Source: Bacteroidota bacterium (lineage in GTDB: Bacteria; Bacteroidota; Bacteroidia; Bacteroidales; PUMT01). From it: a stretch of 64,000 bases of DNA. Below, piece after piece: positions 36,771 through 47,420 of the stretch (position 1 is the stretch's first letter; each line of letters begins with the position of its first letter). The notes below the pieces were generated by a model. It saw only the letters and a list, made by a program, of their open reading frames with translations. It was not told the DNA's origin and did not search any database. Both the position numbers and the translations under genes were made by a program. Where the stretch lies: positions 134,376-198,375 of the forward strand of contig JBBIHY010000001.1 in the NCBI GenBank assembly GCA_037446695.1. The letters run 5' to 3'.

Positions 36771-39371
36771 TTAACTACATTTTGAGTTCCCGCAGCTCTG
36801 GCAGGTGAGGCATCCCTCCTGGTAAACCAGGGTGGCAGATCCACAATTAGGGCAGGTGGCTCCCTTTTTTGCCTTTGTGCCATCGGGGATATAGCGCTTG
36901 AGAGCTCTTTCCACTCCATTCCTCCAGTTGTTGATGGAAGGTGTGTCGAGTCGCAGAGAGGATACCAGGTTTACGACATCTGGTATTGGCATACCATGTC
37001 GAAGAACGCCGGAAATGAGTTTGGCATAGTTCCAGAATTCCTGGTCAAACATTCTGGAAAGGGCTTCGAAAGTGGTTCTGTAACCATGCTTGTCTATATA
37101 CTGGAAATCATACCGTTTTGTGCCATCTTCCAATGAGTTCTTGATCACAAAACCCTTGGAAATGGCTTTGGGTATCACCAGTACATCTTCGTCTTCTTTC
37201 CCTGTGAAGATTTCATACGGCTTCCCATCAAGAAGTCCCACAAAAGCAACCCATTGTTCATCATTGTTCATGAATCTTACCACATCGGCTTCCAGAACTT
37301 TTGGCCGTTTTTTCACTTCCCTTTGTTCTTCCTGCTCTTCCTTTTTATTGGATATTAATACTCCCGAACGGGAACCATCCCTGTAAACCGTTACTCCCTT
37401 GCAACCACTTTCCCAAGCGGTAATGTATAGTTTCCCGACAAGTTCTTCATCCACATTGGCAGGAAGGTTAATGGTAACGCTAATGGAATGATCTACCCAC
37501 TTCTGAATTTCTCCCTGCATGCGCACTTTGCTTACCCAGTCAACATCATTGGATGTGGCCTTATAATACGGCGATTTCTTTACCAGTTCATCTACCTCTT
37601 CGTCTGAGAATGATTGTACCTTTTCAATATCATAACCATTTACCTCCATCCAGGTGATAAATTTATGATGGAATACATTGTATTCTTCCCATGCATCACC
37701 TACCTCGTCAATGAAGGAAACTCTCACGTTGGTATCATTCGGGTTGACTTTTCGCCGTCTTTTATAAACAGGCAGGAATACCGGTTCAATCCCCGATGTG
37801 GTCTGGGTCATGAGGCTTGTAGTTCCGGTAGGGGCTATGGTCAGCAGGGCAATATTCCTGCGCCCGTACCGCACCATTTCCCTGTAGAGTTGCTCATCTT
37901 CGTTTTTCAGTCGTTGAATAAAGGGATTGTCTTTCTCTCTTTGTGCATCATAAATTGTGAAGGGGCCTCTTTCGCGGGCCATGTGTACCGAAGAACGGTA
38001 AGCTTCCAGTGCAACCGTTTTATGAATCTCTATGGAAAAATCAATTGCATTGTCTGTTCCGTAGGTGAGTCCCAAAGCAGCCAGCATGTCACCCTCAGCC
38101 GTAATACCAATACCGGTTCGCCTGCCTTCTTCAGCCTTTATACGAATGTTCTGCCAGAGTTTTCTTTCTACCCTTTTTACCTCCTCATCTTCAGGGTCTT
38201 TGTTAATCTTCTCAAGAATGGCATCTATTTTTTCGAGTTCCAGGTCAATGATATCATCCATTAACCTTTGTGCAAAACCCACATGCTGTTTAAACAGGTC
38301 AAAATTAAATTTTGCCTGTGGAGTAAATGGATTTACTACATAACTGTAGAGGTTGATAGCCAGCAGTCGACAGCTGTCATAAGGACAAAGAGGTATCTCT
38401 CCGCAAGGATTGGTAGAGACTGTTTTGTATCCCAAATCGGCATAGCAGTCGGGAACTGATTCGCGGGCAATGGTGTCCCAGAATAATATGCCGGGTTCGG
38501 CTGATTTCCAGGCATTGTGAACAATTTTTTTCCAGAGCTCCGCTGCGTTGATTTCCTTAATATAGGTTGGACTGTCAGATTCTATGGGATATTGCTGAAC
38601 ATAGGTTTTGTTTTCTACCACTGCAGTCATGAACTCATCATGAATTTTAACCGACACATTTGCACCGGTTACCTTCCCTGGAGTCAGTTTGGCGTCTATG
38701 AATTTTTCCGCATCGGGATGTTTGCAGGAAATTGTCAGCATCAAAGCACCGCGTCGGCCATCCTGGGCTACTTCCCTGGTGGAGTTGGAATACCTTTCCA
38801 TAAAGGGAACCACCCCGGTAGAGGTAAGGGCACTATTCAATACCGGGCTTCCGCCGGGCCGTATGTGTGAAAGGTCATGGCCAACACCGCCCCTTCGTTT
38901 CATGAGTTGCACCTGTTCCTGGTCAATTTTCATAATTCCGCCGTACGAATCAGCAACGGAATCGTTGCCTATCACAAAACAGTTTGAAAGAGAAGCTATC
39001 TGAAAATTATTACCTATGCCGGTCATAGGGCCGCCTTGCGGAATGATATATTTGAAGTCACGCAGTAACTCATATACTTCATCTTCGCTCATGGGATTCG
39101 GGTAATTCATTTCAATGCGGGCAATCTCTTTTGCCAGTCTTCTGTGCATATCGTCGGGGGTCACCTCAAAAAGATTTCCCTGGGAGTCTTTCATTGCGTA
39201 TTTTGTGACCCATACTCTTGCCGCAAGTTCATCGCCTTTAAAATAATTCAGAGACTGACTGAAAGCTTCCTCGTAAGAAAATGTCACCGGGGTTGGCAAC
39301 ACCTGCTTTTTCCTTTCCTCTGTTTTAACCTGAACTGTCTTTTTCTGAGTAGCCATCTCGTCTGATTGCAT
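36771..39371 (-). CDS. nrdJ: Adenosylcobalamin-dependent (class II) ribonucleotide reductase
   Basis: SLSNCF, TNPCGEIPL, TIAPTGT, KGVTVYRDGSR, C-terminal Zn ribbon CPNC...CQSCG..KC; no nrdB nearby. Confidence 0.93.
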   Translation of the reverse strand: MQSDEMATQKKTVQVKTEERKKQVLPTPVTFSYEEAFSQSLNYFKGDELAARVWVTKYAMKDSQGNLFEVTPDDMHRRLAKEIARIEMNYPNPMSEDEVYELLRDFKYIIPQGGPMTGIGNNFQIASLSNCFVIGNDSVADSYGGIMKIDQEQVQLMKRRGGVGHDLSHIRPGGSPVLNSALTSTGVVPFMERYSNSTREVAQDGRRGALMLTISCKHPDAEKFIDAKLTPGKVTGANVSVKIHDEFMTAVVENKTYVQQYPIESDSPTYIKEINAAELWKKIVHNAWKSAEPGILFWDTIARESVPDCYADLGYKTVSTNPCGEIPLCPYDSCRLLAINLYSYVVNPFTPQAKFNFDLFKQHVGFAQRLMDDIIDLELEKIDAILEKINKDPEDEEVKRVERKLWQNIRIKAEEGRRTGIGITAEGDMLAALGLTYGTDNAIDFSIEIHKTVALEAYRSSVHMARERGPFTIYDAQREKDNPFIQRLKNEDEQLYREMVRYGRRNIALLTIAPTGTTSLMTQTTSGIEPVFLPVYKRRRKVNPNDTNVRVSFIDEVGDAWEEYNVFHHKFITWMEVNGYDIEKVQSFSDEEVDELVKKSPYYKATSNDVDWVSKVRMQGEIQKWVDHSISVTINLPANVDEELVGKLYITAWESGCKGVTVYRDGSRSGVLISNKKEEQEEQREVKKRPKVLEADVVRFMNNDEQWVAFVGLLDGKPYEIFTGKEDEDVLVIPKAISKGFVIKNSLEDGTKRYDFQYIDKHGYRTTFEALSRMFDQEFWNYAKLISGVLRHGMPIPDVVNLVSSLRLDTPSINNWRNGVERALKRYIPDGTKAKKGATCPNCGSATLVYQEGCLTCQSCGNSKCS

Positions 39372-39747
39372 GATGAAAATATTTAAACCGTTAATTCACT
39401 GAACAATATAATCTGGGATTTGCATCCGGGGCTGGTTATCAAAAATAAAAATTGGGGGCACCTTTATCAAAATACACCAAATTGAGTTTTCAACAAAATG
39501 GATTGTAGTTATTAACTATTTTATGAAATGGCAACCTGAAGAAATTGTTAATGGAGTTTTAGCATAAGGTTTCGCAAAAGCAATTTATTACATAAAGTGC
39601 TTTATTTTCAGGACAAGTGATAACATAGTTTGGATAAAACAGCCGATAAATCTCTGATATGGTTTGAAAATACCTCTTCGGTGATATATAAATCTCTACG
39701 AATAAGAAAATTCATCCATTTGATCAGGTTCATTCTCATTATTAGGC

Positions 39748-39780
39748 AAAAAAAAAAGGCTTCCGGGGAAGCCTTTTTTT
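39748..39780 (-). terminator. Intrinsic terminator after the TonB-dependent receptor gene
   Basis: AAAAAAAGGCTTCC-gg-GGAAGCCTTTTTTT. Confidence 0.88.
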
Positions 39781-39793
39781 ATAAGAACCAGGT

Positions 39794-42700
39794 TTAGTTG
39801 AAGATATATCTTACACCAAACTGTATTCTGTAAACATCACCAATGTCGGCTGTCTTGGAAAATGTTTCAGAAATGAGACTAGTGCCAATATTCTGTAATC
39901 TGTAAATAGGTTTTCCGGTTCCATCGTAGGGGCCTGTAAAACCATCAGTTGTGCCCCTAAGTACAAGAGGTGTAGTTGTATTGAAGCGTTGGCTGAGTCC
40001 CCACTCCTTGTTCAGCATATTGCCAATATTCAGTATATCAAAACGAAGTTGCAGTGTATTTTTCTGACCTCCAACCAATACGGAAATATCCTGGGAAATG
40101 GAAAAATCTACCCTGTGTACCAGGGGCATAAATACGGCACCTCGCTCGGCATATTCACCGCGTCTTGTTCTCAGGTATTTATCCTGCTGTATATATGCAG
40201 CCCAAGCAGCTTGCTGTTCAGCAGCGGTAAAACTTGCTACAATATTGGTTCCAGTGGGATTATAAGGTAGTATACGACCATCATTTCTGATACTATAAGG
40301 GAAGAAGTTCATTTCAGATGCATCCTTTGGCACATAAATGAGGTCATTGCTTGTTCCCCCATCCCTGTTCAGGTCGCCGGAATAAATATAGGAGGCGTTT
40401 CCAATGGTTCTGCCCTCATAGAACAGGGAATAGGTAGTTCCTCCTTTTGTCTTGTAGGTGATTGCCCCAAACGCCCTGTGGCCTGCAGCATTTGCCGAGT
40501 AGGCAAGACCCGGGTTATTTGGGTCTCCTGCGTGCTGATTGTTGTTCCAGGAACCGAAAGCAATTGATCCGGGATCAATGGTGTTTTTGGCAATGCCGTA
40601 GTTGTAACCAACCTTGGCAAAGAAACCTTTGGTGAATGGTTTCTCAAGAGAAGCGGAGATATTGTAGGCATATCCCACATTCTGGTTCTTGAGAACAATG
40701 GCATTGTCAATGTTGGAATTAATCCTGTTAGCCGGACTAGCTGAATAGAGCGGGCGATTATCCGGACCCGGCAGGGTTGCGGTGGTTTCCATCAGGTTGG
40801 CATTGATATAGTATATCATGTTTATATCCCTGCTGTAGATAAACTCCGCGGTTCCTACCAACCCCCAGGGAAGTTTTTGATCAACCGCAATATTGGTTCT
40901 CCATATTTGCGGGAACTTGAAATTGGGGTCGGAAAATGCCAATTCATATGAGGCAGCCGGGGCACCGGTAACTGTTGTTGGTTTATAGTGATTTATATCG
41001 GGATTAAACGGACGGGCTGTTGTATTATCAAGTCTTTCAAATCCGGTAAGGATTCCGTTGGCACCAATCTGGTTGGAAATCCAAACATATGCCGGGCGAC
41101 CAGTGAAAATGCCAGTTCCACCACGCACCTGGGTGGAGCGGTCACCTGTTGCATCCCAGTTGAATCCAAGCCGGGGTGACCAGAGGATTTTTGGATCAGG
41201 CAGTTTATCGGTTGAGTATTTTACGAACTTACCATTTTCGTCTATAAAATCCATTGCATCCACATCGGTGTTTTTATATCCTGTATCTCCAAAGAAAGGA
41301 ACATCCAGGCGTAAACCGGCAGTTACTCTGAAACGGGAATTTACCTGCCACTCATCCTGCCCATACACTCCTGCGTAAAAAACTTTCAATGGCTGAACTG
41401 GTTTATCCTGGCCGGGAATGTTGGACCAGCGCACCTGAAACCTTCTAAGGGTAACGGGAGATACAGTTCTGGTTGGGTTGGCAAGATAACCATTTGCGTC
41501 AGTATAAAAATCAGCAAGAGAGTTATAGACATAAATACTCTGAGAGCCGGGGAAAAAAACATTCTCTGATTCATATATTTCTGCACTTGCCCCGAATGTC
41601 AGCGTATGATTTGACAGGAAAATATTGAAATTATTCTGAAATTGATAAGAACTGTAACGCAACTCATTGTTTGGTGTAAATGGCTCAAAACCAAAAGTTG
41701 TGTACACACTTCCACCCGAAAGTATATCTACCATTGGGAACATGGTACCCTTGTATCCGCGGCTTTCATCATGGTAGGTATAACCAAAAATCAAACTGTT
41801 TGACATGTTGTCACCAATTCTTGAGTTGAGTTCACCAACTATGGAACGAATATTCTCCTTTATTTTATAGTTGGAATTCTGGAAATTCAATCCGGTCAGG
41901 TTGCTTCTTCTTGAACCAAAACCAAGAGAGGATGAATTTGAGAGCAATATATCCGCATCAGAATCCAGGTGATTGTATCGAATACTGAACTTGTTCCTGT
42001 CGTTGATGTTGTAATCCAGTTTGATAATGAACCTGGTGGCAGGGGTACTATGATCGTATCCCTGGTATGGGCCGGTTTCGTAATTGAAATTGGTTTTCAA
42101 ATAAGTGCTCAGGGCATCAAGGTCAGAAGCAAGCACCCTGGTGATATTTCCGCCAACTGTTTGCCCTCCTGCATTTGCAAGAAAGGTTGTACCGGGCTGA
42201 ACAAGGTCTTCCTGCTCAAAGGAGGCAAAAAAGAACAATTTGTTTTTGATAATGGGGCCACCCAAACTTATTCCTACCTGGTCGAATTTAAACGCACCCG
42301 GGCTAAAGGTTATATCCCCTGCCTGGCGGCCTACTGCTGTTTCACTTCTGAAATTATAATATGCCGATCCCTGAAACTGGTTAGTCCCGCTTCGGGTAAC
42401 AGTGTTTACACCTGCTCCAACGAAATTTCCCTGGCGCACATCAAAAGGTGCAATGTTCACAGTAATTTGCTCAATGGCATCCATGGAAATGGGGGCAACA
42501 CCGGTTCTGTCTCCGGGCTGACCTGCAAGACCAAAAGCATTATTAAAGTACGAACCGTCCACAGTGATATTATTCAACCTGTTGTCCTGGCCTGCAAATG
42601 AATTTCCACTGGCCTGCGGGGTCAGCCTTGTAAAATCACCAATTCTCCTGTTAATGGTCGGCAGGGAAGAAATAGCATCCCTGGTAATACTGGTTGAAGC

Positions 42701-43108
42701 CCCCGTTCTGTTAGAACTGAAAACGGCGTCCCTGACTCCCATCACCATTACTTCCTCCAGCAATTGCGCTGCATCACGTAAGGTATAAGTCAGATCGGAT
42801 GTACCACCAAGATTTACAAAAATTCCCTGTTGAGCCACCGACTCATAACCAACAAAGGATACGGTCACAGTATAGGGTCCTCCAACCCTCATACCAACAA
42901 TATTAAAACGGCCATCAACCATAGTTGAAGTTCCGTAACGTGTGCCTGAGGGTTCATGTACAGCCAAAACAGTGGCACCGGGCAGTCCCACTCCTGTTTC
43001 GTCGGTTACAATACCGGCAATATTACCGGTGGTAACACCCTGCGCAAATGAGGCAATTGCAAATCCTGCAAAGGCAATCATTAAAGCAAATCTTTTGATT
43101 ACTTTCAT
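39794..43108 (-). CDS. Oar-like TonB-dependent receptor with carboxypeptidase-regulatory-like N-domain
   Basis: Signal peptide, GLPGATV...RVGGPYTV, NNITVDG, APFDVRQG, VTRSGTN plug motifs, C-terminal QFGVRYIFN. Confidence 0.88.
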   Translation of the reverse strand: MKVIKRFALMIAFAGFAIASFAQGVTTGNIAGIVTDETGVGLPGATVLAVHEPSGTRYGTSTMVDGRFNIVGMRVGGPYTVTVSFVGYESVAQQGIFVNLGGTSDLTYTLRDAAQLLEEVMVMGVRDAVFSSNRTGASTSITRDAISSLPTINRRIGDFTRLTPQASGNSFAGQDNRLNNITVDGSYFNNAFGLAGQPGDRTGVAPISMDAIEQITVNIAPFDVRQGNFVGAGVNTVTRSGTNQFQGSAYYNFRSETAVGRQAGDITFSPGAFKFDQVGISLGGPIIKNKLFFFASFEQEDLVQPGTTFLANAGGQTVGGNITRVLASDLDALSTYLKTNFNYETGPYQGYDHSTPATRFIIKLDYNINDRNKFSIRYNHLDSDADILLSNSSSLGFGSRRSNLTGLNFQNSNYKIKENIRSIVGELNSRIGDNMSNSLIFGYTYHDESRGYKGTMFPMVDILSGGSVYTTFGFEPFTPNNELRYSSYQFQNNFNIFLSNHTLTFGASAEIYESENVFFPGSQSIYVYNSLADFYTDANGYLANPTRTVSPVTLRRFQVRWSNIPGQDKPVQPLKVFYAGVYGQDEWQVNSRFRVTAGLRLDVPFFGDTGYKNTDVDAMDFIDENGKFVKYSTDKLPDPKILWSPRLGFNWDATGDRSTQVRGGTGIFTGRPAYVWISNQIGANGILTGFERLDNTTARPFNPDINHYKPTTVTGAPAASYELAFSDPNFKFPQIWRTNIAVDQKLPWGLVGTAEFIYSRDINMIYYINANLMETTATLPGPDNRPLYSASPANRINSNIDNAIVLKNQNVGYAYNISASLEKPFTKGFFAKVGYNYGIAKNTIDPGSIAFGSWNNNQHAGDPNNPGLAYSANAAGHRAFGAITYKTKGGTTYSLFYEGRTIGNASYIYSGDLNRDGGTSNDLIYVPKDASEMNFFPYSIRNDGRILPYNPTGTNIVASFTAAEQQAAWAAYIQQDKYLRTRRGEYAERGAVFMPLVHRVDFSISQDISVLVGGQKNTLQLRFDILNIGNMLNKEWGLSQRFNTTTPLVLRGTTDGFTGPYDGTGKPIYRLQNIGTSLISETFSKTADIGDVYRIQFGVRYIFN

Positions 43109-43519
43109 AATTTTAAATTAAAGGTTAATAATAGTTAGGGTTTATCAAGTTAATAATTTGCTGCAAAAATATCATCAAAGTAACTGAAAACAAATTCACC
43201 CTCTTTAATTTTATGTTAAATCTTGGCATCAGGGCTTACAAACTGCTGATATTCAGTCTAATTGTTTAAAAGCACATGGATTACCAAAATAGTGAAGAAC
43301 GGGAAAGGTGCGGGAAAAACAGTAGATTAAGATATCAGCAATTTATCAACAGTTTTTGTGCTATCCTAACGAACAGCAAGTGAGTGTTTTAATGGCTGTC
43401 GCCTATAGTTTTCAACAATTTGTTGTTAATAGGCAGTCTTGGGTGCAGCAATCTGAATTTGGATTCAAAACCTCAATTTTTACTTATCAAAATGATTTCC
43501 TGTAATAAAGAAATTCAAA

Positions 43520-43875
43520 CACTATTGTCCGATAAAAAATCTTACCTGGTTTAAGTGCTAAAACCGCACGGGCTCTTACTTTTTTTCTACAGCAAAAAAA
43601 AAGTAAGCAAAAAATGCCGCCGCTGCAGATAATTTCCTAAAAATCAAATTAATTGACTAAAATCCGGGAACTCGCTACGCTCAAACAGCCCTGATTTCTT
43701 AACCTCAATTAATCTGATTTTCTTAACGGAAATTTTTGATATCATTATAATTTCTAATGGAATCAAAGAACTATCGTTTCTCTGAGGCGGAAAGCGACCC
43801 CCCGGTAAACAGAAAAATACTGATTTCCTACAAACACATTCACGTAAATACAAAAAATTTAATCGGACACTAATG
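43520..43875. mobile_element. 356-bp MITE with 18-bp terminal inverted repeats and a near-perfect 9-bp target duplication
   Basis: Left CACTATTGTCCGATAAAA vs reverse complement of right end CATTAGTGTCCGATTAAA (15/18); flanks AAATTCAAA / AATTTCAAA; second partial copy at 10510. Confidence 0.8.
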
Positions 43876-43949
43876 AATTTCAAAATATTCCCGTTCTTTA
43901 ATTATTCTGTTCAGGAAGGCTTTTATAATTTTAAAAGAAATCAATCCGG

Positions 43950-46900
43950 TTGAAAAAATTCATCCTAATATTAATTTTTATATGTGTCAACTGGCATGCA
44001 TTTTCTCAGATGCCTTCCAACCTAAGAATGAAGCAGGTTCAACCGGTTTTATCTCAGATGATTCTCGATTCACTTGGTATTATTCCCGGCTCTGTTACAA
44101 TATATTTTAACAGAGATTTTTTACTGCCTGACTCCTTGTATACGGTAAACCCAGCTGAGGGCAGGATTGAATTTCATCCTTCGGTATTGGAACTTGAAAG
44201 TGAACTCACTATATTATACCGGGTATATTCCTTTTCTTTCTCCACGGAATATTTTTTAAGAGACACAAGCGAAATATTTCTAAGCGGCATGCAGGGTGCT
44301 TTATCCGGTGAGAAAGGAAGTATGGATCATTTCAGGATGCTGGATGATGGCCGGTTAATAAGCAGTGGAAGCATTTCCCGGGGCATCACCATCGGGAACC
44401 GGCAGGATGTGATCTTCAATTCTCAGCTGAACCTTCAGCTTAGCGGTAAACTTACCGAACATTTGAATATTGAAGCTATAGTAAGTGATAATAATATTCC
44501 CCTTCAACCCGAGGGGTATTCTCAGAAAATTCAGGAATTTGACAAAGTGTACATCAGTGTTTTCGGTGATAATTTAAAGCTTACGGCAGGAGATTTTGAT
44601 TTAACTGAGCGGGGGGATTATTACCTGCGAATGAACAGGAAGGCCCAGGGGATAATTTTTTCAGGGCGATTCCAGAGTGAAGGAAATAAAGCATCTGTAA
44701 TTGAAACTTCCGTAAGCGGTTCCGTTGCAAGAGGAAGATTTACAACGAATAACATTACTGCTATTGAAGGCAATCAGGGCCCTTACAGTCTCCGCGGCGA
44801 TAACAATGAATTATTTATTATTGTGCTGGCCGGCAGTGAAAGGGTTTATGTTGATGGCAGGCTGCTTACAAGGGGCCTGGAGCACGATTATGTAATTGAT
44901 TATAATCTTGCCGAAGTTGTATTTACTGCCAACCAGCCCATTAACCGGAACAAGCGCATTGTTGTTGAATTTGAATATTCTGAAAGGAACTACCCGAGGT
45001 TCATGACCTATACCAGGAACCGGTTTACAAAAGGGAATACCTCGGTTAATTTTGGTTTTTACAATGAGCAGGATACGAAAAATCAGCCCCTACAACAATT
45101 ACTTACAGCGCAGCAACGCAGCTTCCTGGCCTCTGTCGGTGACAGCCTTCACCTGGCATACCTGCCTAAAATTGATAGTGTGGAATTTTCCAACAGCTTT
45201 GTGCTTTACCGAAAAACAGATTCTCTTGTAAGCAGTAACCTTTACAGTAATGTTTATGTTTTTTCCAATGATCCCGGTAATGCACACTACCGTTTGAGCT
45301 TTACATTTCTTGGTGAGAACAGGGGAAATTACGTTTCCGATGTAAGTTCCGCCAATGGAAGGGTTTATAAATGGGTAGCTCCCGAAAATGGCATACCACA
45401 GGGAACTCATGAACCGGTTGTTTTTATGGTAACTCCAAAAAAACAACAGCTTCTAACTGTCGGGTTTGAGTCTAACCGCGGCAAATCCACAAATATACTG
45501 TTTGATGCTGCCATAAGTCAGAATGATATAAACACTTTTTCCAGCCTGAACAGGGAGGACGATACCGGGATTGCTCTCCGGTTTTCGGCCGGAAACACTT
45601 TCTTTTCTTCTGATACCTCAGGCTTTCAATTAAAAGCAAGGATTGGATATGAGTTAACGGGTGCTAATTTCAAAACTCCGGAGAGATTCAGACCTGTTGA
45701 GTTTGAAAGAGACTGGAATGTCGGGTTGGCTGAACTCTCGGGTAACCAGCACCAGGTTTTTTGGGAGGCGCGATTTCAATTTTTCGGGAAGGGTCATGCT
45801 TCCTACAATTTTGATTTTTTTCAATCCGGAGGTTTTGAGGGATTCAGAAACTCAATTGTTTCATCCAGCCGGATTGCAGGATTTAAAACCAACCTGTTTG
45901 CCAGCTATCTCTCCACAAATGATAAGCCCGGAAGGACAACGGAATTTTTTCGTCATCAACTGGATATTTCAAGGAAAACAGGCCCCCTGGTGGCCGGAAT
46001 CTTTTCAGAATCTGAAAATAATGCATGGAGAGCAAATTCAGATGATTCCCTGCTTGTAACCAGCTTTAAAAACAGGGATATTGGTTTTTATTTTACAAAT
46101 CCGGCTGAACAGGAAAATTCCTGGAAAATTGTGGGACGGCAACGCAGGGATTACATACCGGGAGCAAGTGGGTTTGAATTTTTTTCCATTGCAAATGAAA
46201 TCTCCGGGTCACTTGGTCTGACAAAAAACCCGTCACAGGTTTTCAGGGCGAGAATCAATTACAGGTCAGTTGACTACAAACAGGCGACAGATAGATCGGA
46301 AAAGGAAAACTCTTATTCGGGCAGAATCGAGTACAGTGGTCGATATTTTGGCGGAGCTGTTTTGGTAAACACATATCTGGAAACAATTACCGGCCGGGAA
46401 CAGGCAAAGGAATTTTTTTACCTGGAAGTTCCTGCAGGGCAGGGAGTATACAAGTGGGTTGATTATAACGGGAATGGGATAAAAGAACTGGACGAATTTG
46501 AGATTGCCGGATTTCCTGATGAGGCGGATCATATCAGGGTGTTTTTACCTTCCAATTTGTGGGTAAAAACCCGGATTAACCAGCTGGGACAAACAATTCA
46601 GCTTCAGCCGGCACCGGCCTGGCGCAATGCTGGTGCCTGGAAGAGTCTTTTTGCCAGGTTTTCCAACCAGGCCTCTTTCAGAACCATGCAAAAGACAGAG
46701 AACGGGAAAGCTTCTGATCTTTTAAAAATATTACGGGTAAGTATGGGTGATGAGAGCCTTGTTAACCTCAATGCCAATCTGAGAAATACTTTCTCCTTCA
46801 ACAGGAGCAGCCAGAAATTTGGTGCCGATTATATATTCCTCAGGAATTGGTCAAAGGTGCTGCTTGTAAACGGTGCCGACCAGCGTGAAATCGGGCAGCA

Positions 46901-47408
46901 TACTATACGACTGCGATGGAGTCCCTTGGCCTCAGTCATTTTATATCCTGTTCTGGAAAAGATACAGAAATTGAACCTGTCGGAATTTTTTCCTGCCAGG
47001 AATTATCACGTTGAAAACCTTGCTGCTGAAATGTCCCTGCAGTATCAATACGAAGCGAAGTGGCAGTTGAAATTCACCTGCGGGGTATCGGAAAAAAACA
47101 ACATCCTGTCAGTTGAGGAAGCCCTGCTCCAGGAGGCAAAGCTGGAGGGGCTATACAATTTACCGGGAAGTTTTCAGCTGAATACCCAGTTGCGATACCT
47201 TATAGCGGAATACAATTCGCCCATGAATACCTCCATTGCATATGAGATGCTGGAGGGATTGTTTCCCGGCAGGAATCTTGTATGGAATGTATACCTTCAG
47301 AAGTCCCTGCCCAATAATTTCGAGGTATCCCTGAACTATAGCGGAAGAGCATCAGGGGGCCGTGATGTAATTCATACAGGCGGGGTGCAGGCCAGGGCCT
47401 ATTTTTAA
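43950..47408 (+). CDS. Large conserved outer-membrane protein, hypothetical (SprA-like motifs)
   Basis: TTG start, signal peptide, GSISRGITIGN, GSERVYVDGRLLTRG..DYVIDY, many beta strands, C-terminal RAYF. Confidence 0.75.
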   Translation: MKKFILILIFICVNWHAFSQMPSNLRMKQVQPVLSQMILDSLGIIPGSVTIYFNRDFLLPDSLYTVNPAEGRIEFHPSVLELESELTILYRVYSFSFSTEYFLRDTSEIFLSGMQGALSGEKGSMDHFRMLDDGRLISSGSISRGITIGNRQDVIFNSQLNLQLSGKLTEHLNIEAIVSDNNIPLQPEGYSQKIQEFDKVYISVFGDNLKLTAGDFDLTERGDYYLRMNRKAQGIIFSGRFQSEGNKASVIETSVSGSVARGRFTTNNITAIEGNQGPYSLRGDNNELFIIVLAGSERVYVDGRLLTRGLEHDYVIDYNLAEVVFTANQPINRNKRIVVEFEYSERNYPRFMTYTRNRFTKGNTSVNFGFYNEQDTKNQPLQQLLTAQQRSFLASVGDSLHLAYLPKIDSVEFSNSFVLYRKTDSLVSSNLYSNVYVFSNDPGNAHYRLSFTFLGENRGNYVSDVSSANGRVYKWVAPENGIPQGTHEPVVFMVTPKKQQLLTVGFESNRGKSTNILFDAAISQNDINTFSSLNREDDTGIALRFSAGNTFFSSDTSGFQLKARIGYELTGANFKTPERFRPVEFERDWNVGLAELSGNQHQVFWEARFQFFGKGHASYNFDFFQSGGFEGFRNSIVSSSRIAGFKTNLFASYLSTNDKPGRTTEFFRHQLDISRKTGPLVAGIFSESENNAWRANSDDSLLVTSFKNRDIGFYFTNPAEQENSWKIVGRQRRDYIPGASGFEFFSIANEISGSLGLTKNPSQVFRARINYRSVDYKQATDRSEKENSYSGRIEYSGRYFGGAVLVNTYLETITGREQAKEFFYLEVPAGQGVYKWVDYNGNGIKELDEFEIAGFPDEADHIRVFLPSNLWVKTRINQLGQTIQLQPAPAWRNAGAWKSLFARFSNQASFRTMQKTENGKASDLLKILRVSMGDESLVNLNANLRNTFSFNRSSQKFGADYIFLRNWSKVLLVNGADQREIGQHTIRLRWSPLASVILYPVLEKIQKLNLSEFFPARNYHVENLAAEMSLQYQYEAKWQLKFTCGVSEKNNILSVEEALLQEAKLEGLYNLPGSFQLNTQLRYLIAEYNSPMNTSIAYEMLEGLFPGRNLVWNVYLQKSLPNNFEVSLNYSGRASGGRDVIHTGGVQARAYF

Positions 47409-47420
47409 TTTCTGAGGGGA

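Noticed and set aside
39480-39520. DnaA-box-like 9-mers (TTTTCAACA) upstream of nrdJ and at 43343-43431
   Set aside because: Few, mismatched and in AT-rich DNA; not enough for an origin or regulatory call. No cobalamin riboswitch was recognisable either.
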